Assembly: GCA_020850315.1 (NCBI GenBank)
Contig: JADZEY010000020.1
Span: forward strand, 21,618-85,617
Source of the DNA: Armatimonadota bacterium
GTDB taxonomy: Bacteria > Bacteroidota > Ignavibacteria > OLB7
Length of the DNA stretch: 64,000 nt
Direction: 5' to 3'
Shown here: positions 1-10,080 of the stretch, piece by piece
Layout: the number at the start of each line of letters is the position of its first letter
Numbering within the stretch: the stretch's first letter is position 1
The notes under the pieces: generated by a model
The model's input: the letters and a program-made list of their open reading frames with translations, nothing else
Databases searched by the model: none
Told to the model about the DNA's origin: nothing
Program-made: the position numbers and the translations under genes

Positions 1-740
1 CCAGGCCGCAACCATACTCAGCCGTCATGATCTCCTTGGCATACCGTGGCGAGACGGTGTTGACCGCGTCGGCATACGCGATTCCGGCCTTCAGGAAGTT
101 GGTTTTGCCAGCGTGCTGCATTGCTGGGGCAAGGTGTTCTGGCAGCCCAGTTTTGGCAAAGATGCTTGCCGGAAACACCCCCTGGTAGGCCATATTGTGG
201 ATTGTCAGCACAGTGCGGGCGTGGGCGAACATTGATTCCTTGCCGTACAACTCCTTCATGAACATCGGTATCAGTGCCGTCTGCCAGTCGTTGCAGTGGA
301 TAACATCCGGTTTCCACCCCAGCCGCAAGCAGGTTTCCAGGGCAGCTTTTGCAAAGAAAATGAAACGCTCGTCGTTGTTGGGGAAGTCCTTCCCGGTTTT
401 GGGGTCGGTGTAGATTCCCTTCAGCGGCTCCAAATACTTGTCGTTGGTGACAAGATAGACCTGTACTTTTGCGCGGGCATTCACAACCTGCGAGCTTTTT
501 ACAACGGCTATCGTCTCCTCCCCGGCAACTTCCAGAGGGATTTCCTTCAGCCGTTTAATTTCATGGATTCGGTTCCGGCGTTCGGAAACGGAGCCATATT
601 TGGGGATAATCAGGCGAACATCGTGGCCCAGCTCGGTAAGTGCCAACGGAAGCGCGGCGCTGACATCGGCCAGCCCCCCGGTTTTTGCGAAGGGCAGAAC
701 CTCGCTGGTGATAAATAGGATACTAAGGCTTTTTGCCATG
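1..740 (-). CDS. glgA: Glycogen/starch synthase (GT5), partial; C-terminus runs off the window start
   Basis: Own translation of the minus frame from the ATG at 738-740 gives MAKSLSILFITSEVLPFAKTGGLADV... then ...GWKPDVIHCNDWQTALIP...TIHNMAYQG...NFLKAGIAYADAVNTVSPRYAKEI, which are classic GlgA motifs. It is absent from the ORF track because it is truncated by the window edge. Confidence 0.8.
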
Positions 741-853
741 TGTGAGTATGGGAACGGAAGGGAAGTTCTTTTGCGAAACGGGCAAATATACGGAATGCCC
801 GTGGCTGGGCGTGGCGGTTTTCGGGGACGGAAACGTTAGTTTTTGCTATCCAA

Positions 854-2485
854 GTGGTTGCTTTGCGCTGGCAATCGGCTATGTTTGCCTTCCGCTACCG
901 TGTATATGCTGGCTCTGTTTATGGAATACTGACTCTTCAAGATTATCACACTCCTTCTACTTTTCCTTCAACTATGGGCACTGTTCGGGAACTGTTTGCA
1001 AGCTCCATTTTCCCACGGCTCAACTGCCGCCCTTTCCTGCGGGACGCTGCGTACTCTGCCGCAATTCGTGGGTTAATCCACGATGGGGTGGTGGGGGGCT
1101 TTGTGCTGTTCGATGGCGACGCGAACGATGCCCGCGAAACCGCACGCCAGATACAGGAACTTGCCGAAGGGAAACTGCTGCTGGCCGCCGATTGCGAGGA
1201 CGGCATCACCATGCGGTTCCCGGGCGGGACGGAGTTCCCAAGCATGATGGCGCTGGGCGCGGCAAACGACCTTTCGGTGACCTACACCGTTGCCCAAAGC
1301 ATCGCCGATGAAATGCGCGACCTGGGGATACTCTGGAATTTTGCTCCCGTTGCCGACATCAACACCAACCCCGACAATCCAATTATCAACATCCGCGCCT
1401 TTGGCGGAACGCCCAAGTTGGTACAGGAACACGTGGTGGCGTATCTGCGCGGAATCCAAGACCGTGGGGTGGCCGCCTGCGCCAAGCATTTCCCGGGCCA
1501 CGGCGATACCTCGCTGGATTCCCACCGCGAACTCCCCTCGCTTCCGTTCGATGCAAAACGATTGTGGCAGGTGGAGCTTCGGCCATTTGCCGAGGCTGTC
1601 CGCTGCGGGGTTCGCTCCATCATGTCGTCGCACGTTGCCGTTCCGGCGCTGGACCCATCCGGCGCGCCGGCATCCCTTTCCCCAATTTTGACCGAGCGGC
1701 TGCTGCGCCACGAGCTTGGCTACGATGGCATAGTTGTCACCGATGCGCTGGATATGCACGCCATTACCAACGGATGGAGCGATGCCGAGGCTTCGGTGCT
1801 GGCGTACCTTGCCGGAAACGATGTGCTGGAAACTATGCCGGACCCACGTGCCACCCTTGAAGCATTGTGCCAAGCTGCCAAGTCGGGGCATATTTCAGCA
1901 AAACGGATTGCGAAAACCACTCAACGGTTGGCCAAGTTGCGGGAATGGATTGAGAGCAAATCCAACGCCCCACGCTCCACCCCGCAGTCGCGTGCGCTCT
2001 ACGCGCTGGAAGCTGCACGGCGCTCGTTGCGGGCTAATGGCGAGTTTACTCACCCCGGCGCCCCCCTGTTTGTGCTTGGCTTCACCGATACTCTGGACAA
2101 TCCGAAGCCGGAGGAGTGGTTCCTCTACTTCTCAAGCTGGTATCCTGACGATGCCGATGTTGCAGTGGTGACGCGGGAGGTCAGCCCGAAGGAGCAAGCA
2201 GAGATCAGAGCGAAAATTGAAGGAGCAGGGGGGCTGCTGTTGGCGTTGTTCGTGAAACCACGCGGCTACGCCGGAACCGTTGGATTAAGCAACGACCAGA
2301 TGGAGCTTCTGCGGGACCTTCCGTTGCGGCCAACCGCCTTGCTGAATTTTGGCAACCCCTATTTGCTCACCGATATAGAAACCACGCTTCGGATTGATGC
2401 CTTCTCCGCATCCTCCCCCAGCCTTGCTGCCTCCATCGAGTACCTTTCCCGCGCCCACAGCGACCTGCTTCCGCATCGGCAATGA
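854..2485 (+). CDS. Glycoside hydrolase family 3 beta-N-acetylhexosaminidase (NagZ-like)
   Basis: 543-aa ORF containing KHFPGHGDTSLDSHRELPSL, the GH3 N-terminal catalytic motif. An alternative start at 974 (MGTV...) is possible. Confidence 0.8.
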   Translation: MVALRWQSAMFAFRYRVYAGSVYGILTLQDYHTPSTFPSTMGTVRELFASSIFPRLNCRPFLRDAAYSAAIRGLIHDGVVGGFVLFDGDANDARETARQIQELAEGKLLLAADCEDGITMRFPGGTEFPSMMALGAANDLSVTYTVAQSIADEMRDLGILWNFAPVADINTNPDNPIINIRAFGGTPKLVQEHVVAYLRGIQDRGVAACAKHFPGHGDTSLDSHRELPSLPFDAKRLWQVELRPFAEAVRCGVRSIMSSHVAVPALDPSGAPASLSPILTERLLRHELGYDGIVVTDALDMHAITNGWSDAEASVLAYLAGNDVLETMPDPRATLEALCQAAKSGHISAKRIAKTTQRLAKLREWIESKSNAPRSTPQSRALYALEAARRSLRANGEFTHPGAPLFVLGFTDTLDNPKPEEWFLYFSSWYPDDADVAVVTREVSPKEQAEIRAKIEGAGGLLLALFVKPRGYAGTVGLSNDQMELLRDLPLRPTALLNFGNPYLLTDIETTLRIDAFSASSPSLAASIEYLSRAHSDLLPHRQ

Positions 2486-2491
2486 GGGGAA

Positions 2492-2530
2492 GGGTGAAAA
2501 GTGAAGAGTGAAGGGTGAAAAGTGAAGGAG
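2492..2530 (+). repeat. Half copy of the heptamer repeat element: (RRGTGAA)x5 immediately after the nagZ-like stop
   Basis: The sequence reads gggtgaa aagtgaa gagtgaa gggtgaa aagtgaa. It matches the purine-rich arm of the composite repeats at 45844, 46994, 52811 and 57757. Confidence 0.7.
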
Positions 2531-2678
2531 GGGAAGGCAGGTTATCAGCACTTTCCTATCTGTCATTCCTGCGGAAGGGGGAGCGGATAGGTCGGTTGTG
2601 GGAGGGGAGGTGAAATTTTTCAGGGGGAAGCAGGGGGTGCGGTAACATCAGATAACACACCACCAACTGCCTGTGCGC

Positions 2679-2686
2679 TACTTTTG
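2679..2686 (+). promoter_or_regulatory. Candidate Bacteroidetes-type -7 promoter element (TACTTTTG, matching TAnnTTTG) upstream of the P5C dehydrogenase gene
   Basis: An exact TAnnTTTG match lies about 50 nt upstream of the ATG at 2735. Confidence 0.3.
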
Positions 2687-2734
2687 CAGCGATTATCGAA
2701 CGTCCTTCAACTAAACCACAAGCACCAACAATCC

Positions 2735-4357
2735 ATGGCCAAGAAGCTGAAAGAGTACGCCCCGACGACCTACCAAGATTTTGCCAAACCGGCTGTTGCA
2801 AAAAAACAGCACGACGCAATCGTTGCCGTGCGGAAAAAATTTGGGAAGAAGTACCCGCTGATTATTGACGGCAAAAAAGTGATGACCGAGAACAGCCATC
2901 CTTCGGTCAATCCCGCAGCCACTTCGGAAGTACTTGGCAACTTCTCGATGGCCACCCAAGCGCACGCCGAATCAGCAATCCAAGCCGCCGCAAAAGCATT
3001 TCAGAAATGGAAAAACGTGCCGCCAGCCGAGCGCGCAGCCTACTTGTTCAAGGCCGCCGAAGTGATCCGCCAGCGCCGCAACGAGATCAACGCTTGGATG
3101 ATTAGCGAAGTCGGCAAAAACTACCTTGAAGCCGATGCCGACACCGCCGAAGCCATTGACTTTCTGGAGTTCTACGGTCGCGAGATGCTTCGCTACTCCG
3201 GCCCGCAGCCGGTTACGCAAAACCCTGGCGAGCAGAACCAGTTGGTCTATCTTCCGCTTGGTGTTGGCGCGGTGATCCCACCGTGGAACTTCCCGTTTGC
3301 CATTTTGGTCGGCATGACCAGTGCCGCGATTGTCACCGGCAACACCGTCGTTCTGAAACCAAGCAGCGACTCCCCAATGATGGGCTGGCTGTTCGTGGAG
3401 ATACTGAACTCGCTTGGATTACCGAAGGGCGTTGTGAACTTTATTCCGGGCGATGGTGGCGAGATCGGCGATTACATTGTTGACCATTCGCAGATTCGGT
3501 TCATCAGCTTCACCGGCTCGGCGGGCGTTGGCAAACGGATTTACGAACGCGCCAGCCGCACCCCCGACAACCAATTGTGGCTGAAGCGCGTGGTGGCCGA
3601 GATGGGGGGGAAGGATGCCATCATCGTGGATAGCGAGGCAGACCTTGAGGATGCCGCAAACGGCGTTGTTGCTGCGGCCTTCGGGTTCCAGGGGCAGAAA
3701 TGCTCCGCCTGCTCGCGCGCGATTGTTGACCGGAAGGTCTATGATCAGTTCGTGCAGATGGTGAAAGAGCGGGTGGAAAAAATTGAGGTGGGCGACCCGA
3801 AGGAGAACAAAGCGATGGGCCCAGTGGCTAGCCAGCGGGCATTCAACACCATCCAGAAGTATATCGAAATTGGGAAGGGGGAAGGGAAGCTGGTTGCTGG
3901 CGGAAACATTGTGGAAGGGGCGCCCGGTTGGTATATCCAGCCAACGGTGATTGCCGACGTGAAGCCCGGAGCAACCATTGAGCAGGAGGAGATTTTTGGC
4001 CCGGTGCTGGCAATCATCAAAGCCCGTGATTTTAACGACGCGCTGAACATTGCCAACGGAACCAAATATGGACTAACCGGCGCGGTTTATACCGAAAACA
4101 AGGAGAAGCTGGAGCGTGCGGCAAACGAGTTTTTTGTTGGCAACCTCTATCTGAACCGCAAGTGTACCGGAGCGTTAGTTGGTGTGCACCCGTTCGGCGG
4201 CTTTAACCTTAGCGGAACCGACAGCAAAGCCGGCGGGCGCGATTACCTGCTGCTGTTCCTGCAAGCCAAATCAATCGCCACAAAGGTAAAAACTGCGCTG
4301 GTGGGGAAGAAGAATGCAAAGAAAAGCGTGGCCCAAAAAGCCATTGCTACAAAGTAG
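2735..4357 (+). CDS. pruA: 1-pyrroline-5-carboxylate (L-glutamate gamma-semialdehyde) dehydrogenase
   Basis: Aldehyde dehydrogenase fold with an N-terminus (MAKKLKEYAPTTYQDFAKP...KKYPLIIDGKKV) typical of RocA/PruA-type P5CDH. Start chosen at the internal Met of ORF 2684..4357. There is an unusual Lys-rich C-terminal tail. Confidence 0.85.
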   Translation: MAKKLKEYAPTTYQDFAKPAVAKKQHDAIVAVRKKFGKKYPLIIDGKKVMTENSHPSVNPAATSEVLGNFSMATQAHAESAIQAAAKAFQKWKNVPPAERAAYLFKAAEVIRQRRNEINAWMISEVGKNYLEADADTAEAIDFLEFYGREMLRYSGPQPVTQNPGEQNQLVYLPLGVGAVIPPWNFPFAILVGMTSAAIVTGNTVVLKPSSDSPMMGWLFVEILNSLGLPKGVVNFIPGDGGEIGDYIVDHSQIRFISFTGSAGVGKRIYERASRTPDNQLWLKRVVAEMGGKDAIIVDSEADLEDAANGVVAAAFGFQGQKCSACSRAIVDRKVYDQFVQMVKERVEKIEVGDPKENKAMGPVASQRAFNTIQKYIEIGKGEGKLVAGGNIVEGAPGWYIQPTVIADVKPGATIEQEEIFGPVLAIIKARDFNDALNIANGTKYGLTGAVYTENKEKLERAANEFFVGNLYLNRKCTGALVGVHPFGGFNLSGTDSKAGGRDYLLLFLQAKSIATKVKTALVGKKNAKKSVAQKAIATK

Positions 4358-4380
4358 GCCACAGGCGTATCAGAACACCA

Positions 4381-4408
4381 GAAAGCCCTGCATCATGCAG
4401 GGCTTTCT
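4381..4408 (+). terminator. Stem-loop terminator after the P5CDH gene
   Basis: Perfect inverted repeat aaagccctgca-tca-tgcagggcttt. Confidence 0.5.
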
Positions 4409-4503
4409 GCGTATGTTATGCGCGGTTCTTGTAACCACCTTCCTGCACTGCTTGTTGTTCCTTCCGTCCTTCCCATCAACTATTCTCAAAACGGAGTATT
4501 CCT

Positions 4504-6366
4504 GTGAAACGCATCTATCGGTTGATCCCTCTTGCTGCCGCAATTCTGCTGGTTCCGTCGGTTGCCACATCGCAAGCAATCAACACGCGCAGCATCATCC
4601 GCGAAAAGCTGAAGGTGCTGCCGGAGCATCTTCGGGAATCCCAGCAAGCCGAAAGCCCAGCAGGGTTGGAAGAGGCTCTGCGGAAATTCCTTTCTGCCGG
4701 GCAGGAGATGGCCGTCAGCAACGACAGCTCGCCTGAATCGGAAGTTCATGCAGCAATCAATCCAACCGATAGCAACAACATTGTTGTCTCGCCGATTCGC
4801 TATGCTGGGCAAAGCTTTACTACGCCAATCTACTACACCAAAGACTTCGGGAAATCATGGAAGAAAAGCTCGTTCAACCCCCTTCCAACCGAAAGTGCGG
4901 CGACGATTTTAGGCGGTGGCGATCCGTTGTTCGCTTTTGATGCCAACGGGCGGTTGTACTACTCGTGGATCAATCTCTACGCCGTCAACTTCGATTTCAG
5001 CGATATGCGCTGGGCACTCTCGTGGGCATACTCCGATGATGGTGGGGCAACATGGATGCACAACGCCTCCATGCAAATCGCGTTTAGTTCTGGAATCAGC
5101 TTGGTTGGCGGCGGCAATGCGGCTATTTATGATAAGCAATGGCTTGTCTGCGACCTGACCAATGGCCCACGCCGCAACACCCTGTATGCTGCATTTCTTG
5201 AAGGAGGTTTATCAGGGGAAGAAGTGAAGATTGGCTTGCGCGTAAAACCCCCGGGCGACGCGCCATTTACCACCACCAGCACCCGTGTTTCCGGCGAAGA
5301 CTTCAAGCAAGTTCAGTTCACCAGCATTCAGGTTGACCGTGGCGGCGGCGTTCACGTCTCCTTCTTTGGGACAAAGGATGACAAGAACTGGGCGATGTGG
5401 CATACCGTCTCAACCGATGGAGGGACCAGCTTCCCAGCCGCAAACAAGATTAGCGATGTTGTTTTTCCCGGGCAGTTCGATCCCGAACTTGCTGAGAATC
5501 CAAATAAAACCATGGACTCCATCACCGGAATTTTGGCCCAACGGATGTACCCCTGCCCTCACATCGCCATTGACAACGGAACCGGCCCGCACGCCGGAAC
5601 CATCTATGCTGTGTGGACTGCCAACGGCATTACCAGTAAGCTGAGCCGTGGCTTGGATATTTACTACTCCCGCTCCGGCGATAACGGCACAACCTGGTCG
5701 CCAGCGGTGGTGCTGAACAACAACAACGACGAAACGCCAACAAGCCAGTTCTATCCCAGCATCAGCGTTAGCCCGCAAGGGTTTGTGGCCGTTACGTGGT
5801 ACGACCGCCGCAGCGACACCCGCGACCGCAACACCAGCTACTACATGACCTACTCGTTCGATGGCGGCGCCACCTTCATCAATGATTTTGCCGTGACCGC
5901 TGCTGTCTCCGACTTCGCCACCGTTGGCCGCCGCAACGGTGGATTTGGCGTTGGCGAGTACACGCAAGTGCTAACCACCAGCGGCTATGCAATCCCCGTT
6001 TGGGCCGATGGACGCACCGGAAATGGTGATTTGAATATCCTTGCAGCGTTCGTTCCGCTTTCGCCAGAAGGGGGGATCAGTGGTGTGGAGCGTTCGGGGG
6101 CCGTAACCGCTGGGATGAACATCCGCCGCCTTGAGCTTCGCGGCGAACAACTGGCGATAGACTGCACGGTGGATCATGCAATCAGCACACGGCTCCATGT
6201 GGTCAATATGCTTGGCCAAGAAGTTGCTACGGTGGATGGTGGGCTGATGCCGCCCGGCGAACACGTGCTGCTTGCAGACCTATCGGGCTTGCCATCGGGA
6301 CGCTACTTCGTCCGGTTGGAAGGGGAAAGCGGCGTGGTTTCTGCCTCGTTCGTGCTGGCCAGATAA
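4504..6366 (+). CDS. Secreted BNR/Asp-box repeat protein (sialidase-like beta-propeller) with a T9SS C-terminal sorting domain
   Basis: Signal peptide MKRIYRLIPLAAAILLVPSVATSQ. Repeated S-x-D-x-G-x-T-W motifs (SDDGGATW, SRSGDNGTTW, STDGGTSF). The C-terminal ~80 aa beta-rich domain ending ...GRYFVRLEGESGVVSASFVLAR is typical of Por/T9SS CTDs. Confidence 0.7.
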   Translation: MKRIYRLIPLAAAILLVPSVATSQAINTRSIIREKLKVLPEHLRESQQAESPAGLEEALRKFLSAGQEMAVSNDSSPESEVHAAINPTDSNNIVVSPIRYAGQSFTTPIYYTKDFGKSWKKSSFNPLPTESAATILGGGDPLFAFDANGRLYYSWINLYAVNFDFSDMRWALSWAYSDDGGATWMHNASMQIAFSSGISLVGGGNAAIYDKQWLVCDLTNGPRRNTLYAAFLEGGLSGEEVKIGLRVKPPGDAPFTTTSTRVSGEDFKQVQFTSIQVDRGGGVHVSFFGTKDDKNWAMWHTVSTDGGTSFPAANKISDVVFPGQFDPELAENPNKTMDSITGILAQRMYPCPHIAIDNGTGPHAGTIYAVWTANGITSKLSRGLDIYYSRSGDNGTTWSPAVVLNNNNDETPTSQFYPSISVSPQGFVAVTWYDRRSDTRDRNTSYYMTYSFDGGATFINDFAVTAAVSDFATVGRRNGGFGVGEYTQVLTTSGYAIPVWADGRTGNGDLNILAAFVPLSPEGGISGVERSGAVTAGMNIRRLELRGEQLAIDCTVDHAISTRLHVVNMLGQEVATVDGGLMPPGEHVLLADLSGLPSGRYFVRLEGESGVVSASFVLAR

Positions 6367-6627
6367 TCCCCTCGGGCAAAAAAAAATTACGGGGGGGGGT
6401 GAGAACTTTCGCCCCTTTCGTTGTCTTTACCAGTGACACTGCGTCGCTACTTGGGATGCCATCAGAAACTATCTCGGCTGAGATCGGCGAATCCGGTTTG
6501 GAGGGTACTGCGAACGAATCCAACGGATAGGCTTCCACAGAGTGCGAACAACCGGCACAATTTCACCAGTGCCGGCTTGGATACAAAAAGCGGTTCCCCC
6601 ACACAACCGCATCCACGGTCTTCCCAT

Positions 6628-6668
6628 CTGCTTCGGCTGATACCTCAGCCGAAGCATTTTTTTTGCTG
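6628..6668 (+). terminator. Rho-independent terminator in the BNR/atuA-like intergenic region
   Basis: cttcggctga-tacc-tcagccgaag followed by T7. Confidence 0.5.
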
Positions 6669-6727
6669 GTTTTGTGCGCCACCAGCCCTTTTTCATTTCA
6701 ACATACCTGATCCCACGGCGGAAATGG

Positions 6728-6735
6728 TAGCTTTG
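6728..6735 (+). promoter_or_regulatory. Candidate -7 promoter element TAGCTTTG (TAnnTTTG) upstream of the atuA-like gene
   Basis: Exact motif match about 50 nt upstream of the ATG at 6787. Confidence 0.3.
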
Positions 6736-6786
6736 CCCAAGATTGTTCCACTTGAAAGCAAACCATAGCAATCCAACCGAACGCAC

Positions 6787-8154
6787 ATGAAGGACATGAT
6801 CCGTATCGCCTCCGGGCAAGGCTTCTGGGGCGACCTGCTGACCGCACCGATTGACCAAGTAAACAACGGCCCCATTGATTATCTGATGATGGATTATCTG
6901 GCCGAAGTCACCATGTCCATCGTCCAAAAGCAGAAACTGAAAGATCCGAAATTGGGCTACGCCAAGGACCTTATCTCCACGATTGATGCAATCCTGCCGC
7001 AGCTTGTGCAGAACAACATCAAGCTGATTACCAACGGCGGCGGGGTGAACCTTGAGGCCTGCCGCGATGCCATCATGGAGGTTGCCCGCAAGCATGGACT
7101 AAGCGTGAACGTTGGCGTGGTGACGGGGGATAACATCCTGGAGAACATTGACGAGCTGGCCGCGCAAGGGGCCGAACTGCGGAACATGGAGAACGGCGAA
7201 ACGATGGAAGGCATCCGCTCGCGGCTCCTTTCGGCCAACGTCTATCTGGGCGCGGCCCCGATTGTGGAGGCGTTGCGTGGCGGCGCGCAGATTGTTATCA
7301 CCGGGCGCACCACCGACACCGGCCTTTGCTTGGCCCCGATGATCCATGAATTTGGCTGGAGCATGGACGACTGGGATCGGATTGCCGCAGGGACCATTGC
7401 CGGCCATATCATCGAGTGCGGCGCGCAATCCAGCGGCGGCAACTACATGGAAGATTGGGAGAACGTCCCCGACATGGCCAACATCGGTTTCCCGATTGTG
7501 GAGGCGTACCCCAGCGGTGAGTTCGTTGTGACCAAGCACCCCGGAACCGGCGGGCGTGTTTCGCGAGGGACCGTGGCCGAGCAGTGCTTGTACGAAATCG
7601 GCAACCCGACCGAGTACATCACCCCCGACGTAGTCGCCGATTTCACCACCATCAACCTTGAAGACTTGGGGAATGACCGCGTTCGGGTGCATGGCATCAA
7701 GGGGAAGCCAAACACGCCGTTCTTCAAAGTCTCCATGAGCTACTCCGACGGCTACTCAGCCTTTGCCACGCTTACCTACGCTTGGCCTGATGCAATCCGC
7801 AAGGCCAAAGCCGGCGATGCAATTCTGCGGGCGCGGCTGCAGAAACTTGGGTTGAAGTTCGATGAGGTTCTGACCGAATTTGTTGGCTACAACGCCTGCC
7901 ACGGCCCGTTATCCGAATCCGCCAACCCCGACCCGGAAGAGGTGATGATGCGCGTTGGTGTTCGCGGGCCCGACTTCAAAGCGGTGGAGCGATTCGGAAA
8001 GGAGATTGCCCCGCTGATTTTAACCGGCCCGCCCAACGTCACCGGATTTGCTGGGGGCCGCCCACGCCCCAGCGAGGTTGTGGCCTACTGGCCAGCACTG
8101 ATTGATAAAACCCTGATAACCCCCCGCGTGAAGGTGGAAGTTGTGGAAGCCTAA
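6787..8154 (+). CDS. AtuA-like protein (DUF1446, acyclic terpene utilisation family)
   Basis: The N-terminus [16 protein letters not shown]...[15 protein letters not shown] matches the conserved DUF1446/AtuA N-terminal signature. Confidence 0.65.
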   Translation: MKDMIRIASGQGFWGDLLTAPIDQVNNGPIDYLMMDYLAEVTMSIVQKQKLKDPKLGYAKDLISTIDAILPQLVQNNIKLITNGGGVNLEACRDAIMEVARKHGLSVNVGVVTGDNILENIDELAAQGAELRNMENGETMEGIRSRLLSANVYLGAAPIVEALRGGAQIVITGRTTDTGLCLAPMIHEFGWSMDDWDRIAAGTIAGHIIECGAQSSGGNYMEDWENVPDMANIGFPIVEAYPSGEFVVTKHPGTGGRVSRGTVAEQCLYEIGNPTEYITPDVVADFTTINLEDLGNDRVRVHGIKGKPNTPFFKVSMSYSDGYSAFATLTYAWPDAIRKAKAGDAILRARLQKLGLKFDEVLTEFVGYNACHGPLSESANPDPEEVMMRVGVRGPDFKAVERFGKEIAPLILTGPPNVTGFAGGRPRPSEVVAYWPALIDKTLITPRVKVEVVEA

Positions 8155-8189
8155 ACTACCCGAAGCGGAGGGTGATGAATAGTGAGTTC

Positions 8190-8236
8190 AAAAAAAGCGG
8201 CAGGAGGTTCATCACTCCTGCCGCTATCTTTTTTTG
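8190..8236. terminator. Bidirectional rho-independent terminator between convergent genes
   Basis: A7-gcggcaggagg-ttcatcac-tcctgccgc-tatcT7. It lies between the atuA-like stop (8154) and the tlpA-like stop (8271). Confidence 0.6.
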
Positions 8237-8270
8237 TTGCCTTTGGGCTTTGGTGAAGCCCAGCTCACCA

Positions 8271-8915
8271 TTACAACGCTGGCTCAATCGCTTTGCGGAA
8301 GGTTGCTTCGTCGCGCCCGCCAACCATGGTGTTGATGATCTCCCCTTTGCGGTTCACCACAAAGGTTGTTGGCACGCCACGAATCCCGCCGTAGGCACTT
8401 TCCAACGTCTGCTCGTCGTCGGCAATCACCAACGGATATGCAAGGCTGTTCTTTTGGGCGAAGTTGTTCACGTGGTCAATCACCGACCCGCCGCCGGGGG
8501 CTTGTTCCCCCACATTGATGCCGATAATCTCGAACCCTTTCGGGCCAAGCTCATTCCGTAGTTTCACAAGGTCAGGAAGTTCGCGGCGGCACGGAGGGCA
8601 CCATGTTCCCCAAAAGTTCACCAGCACCACTTTCCCCTGGTACTCCTCCAGCGAATGCTCCTTCCCATCGCTGCCTACCCATGTGAAGTTTGCTGCCATT
8701 TTTCCCTCTTTTTTCTGCACTCCCTTCAGCGGCGCAACGTTTGCTACTGCGGCTGTGGTTGTTCCGGTAGCGGGGGGGGCAGCCGCAGGCGTTTGGGAAG
8801 GTTGTGACTCAGCGGCTGGTTGGGAATCGTTGCGGGTTAGCGCGCCATCGGCTTTGTTCGATTTGCAGCCAACCACAGCCAACGTGGCAACCGCAAGCAC
8901 CATCAGTGATTTCAT
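8271..8915 (-). CDS. Thiol:disulfide oxidoreductase lipoprotein, TlpA/ResA-like thioredoxin fold
   Basis: Lipoprotein signal MKSLMVLAVATLAVVGC and a WCPPC active site (VVLVNFWGTWCPPCRRELP). Start set at the internal Met, because the upstream part of the ORF-track translation looks non-coding. Confidence 0.8.
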   Translation of the reverse strand: MKSLMVLAVATLAVVGCKSNKADGALTRNDSQPAAESQPSQTPAAAPPATGTTTAAVANVAPLKGVQKKEGKMAANFTWVGSDGKEHSLEEYQGKVVLVNFWGTWCPPCRRELPDLVKLRNELGPKGFEIIGINVGEQAPGGGSVIDHVNNFAQKNSLAYPLVIADDEQTLESAYGGIRGVPTTFVVNRKGEIINTMVGGRDEATFRKAIEPAL

Positions 8916-9009
8916 AGTGTTGATTATTGAGTTGAAGAAGTTCGGCGTGGAAATGGACTGGTTGCCATGCCCGATACTCTGCTCTGGTAAAGTCCTCCAC
9001 GATGATGCA

Positions 9010-9888
9010 TCACCACCGTGCCAGTTGTGCAATTTTTTCTTGGGGAACGTTTGCGGCGATTGCGATTGCAAGGTCGCCATACTTGCCAATGGAAAGGGAT
9101 TGCCCGCTGCCCGACGACTCCATCAGTGTTTCCCCCGCTGCCAGTTTCTGGGCCGCATCCTGCGTCACGTAGAACTGCTTCCCCTGCTGCAGCAACTGCC
9201 ACGGTAGCTGAAGCACGTACATCGTCTGCTGGCCCGAACGGTACACCAAGTGGGCAACCGCAACATTACCGTGATTGCTGACAAAGCCTCCCGCCAATGC
9301 AAGCTGCGTTGTTGGAAATTTTACGGCATAGCGTACCCCGCGCTCCTTAAAAAACTCCGATAGCTCCTCCTTGCTGTCGGTTTCCATCTCCGGCTTCACT
9401 TGGCCGCTAATCAGTGCTGCAACGTTGGAGTTTGCGGCGTTAAAAAGATTCAGCGCGGGAACAGGCTTTCCGCTTGGGGCTGACGCACGGGCGGGGGATT
9501 GAATTGGAAGCGTGGTGGAGGGCTGCTCGGGGCGGTTCAGCAGAAGGATTGCCCCGGCTAGAGCCAATCCCGCCCCCGCAAGCATTCCCCAAGCCCCAAA
9601 TCGCGATGAAGGAGTGCGATCAGCATTGGCCGTGGCCAGCGCAGCAGCATCGCGAACCACGTTTTGTGCGGTGGGTGCGGCTTCCGGCGGCGCGTTGATT
9701 CCCCCAAGCTGGCGTGGTTCGGAAATCGGTTGGGCGGCGCGTTCGCTTACGTTCATCCGCGCAGCCAGCTCGCGCTCGAACGTTGTTTTGCAGTCGTCGC
9801 ATGGGGCTTCGGTTGGGTTCGGTTGGTTCCCGTCGGGGTGATCCTCCACCCACGCGGTTATCTGATTATGAAACTCTTGAGCGGTCAT
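9010..9888 (-). CDS. Putative anti-sigma factor with an N-terminal zf-HC2-like domain, one transmembrane segment and a periplasmic C-terminal domain
   Basis: MTAQEFHNQITAWVEDHPDG...APCDDC has the H-x3-C-x2-C arrangement of zinc-finger anti-sigma factors. A hydrophobic segment (GAWGMLAGAGLALAGAILLL) follows. No ECF sigma gene is adjacent. Confidence 0.5.
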   Translation of the reverse strand: MTAQEFHNQITAWVEDHPDGNQPNPTEAPCDDCKTTFERELAARMNVSERAAQPISEPRQLGGINAPPEAAPTAQNVVRDAAALATANADRTPSSRFGAWGMLAGAGLALAGAILLLNRPEQPSTTLPIQSPARASAPSGKPVPALNLFNAANSNVAALISGQVKPEMETDSKEELSEFFKERGVRYAVKFPTTQLALAGGFVSNHGNVAVAHLVYRSGQQTMYVLQLPWQLLQQGKQFYVTQDAAQKLAAGETLMESSGSGQSLSIGKYGDLAIAIAANVPQEKIAQLARW

Positions 9889-10080
9889 TTGAATGTTGCT
9901 GAGCGATTGTTCCCGGCAAAAGTACAGAACTGCGGGGAAAGGCTTGCGGGGTGATTGCGTCCGTGAGAAGCAACAGTCCGTTGTTGTGGGGGGAAGCGGT
10001 GGCGGGGCAATGGAGCAAATCCGCCACCTGCCTGTATATTGCGCCCCCGAAAGCCTAACCGATCACCGGCCCGTACCTGA

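Noticed and set aside
1073-1891. 272-aa minus-strand ORF antisense to the GH3 hexosaminidase gene
   Set aside because: It overlaps a gene with clear GH3 motifs on the opposite strand and has an artefact-like composition.
8464-9207. 247-aa plus-strand ORF spanning the tlpA-like and anti-sigma genes
   Set aside because: It overlaps two credible minus-strand genes and has an artefact composition.
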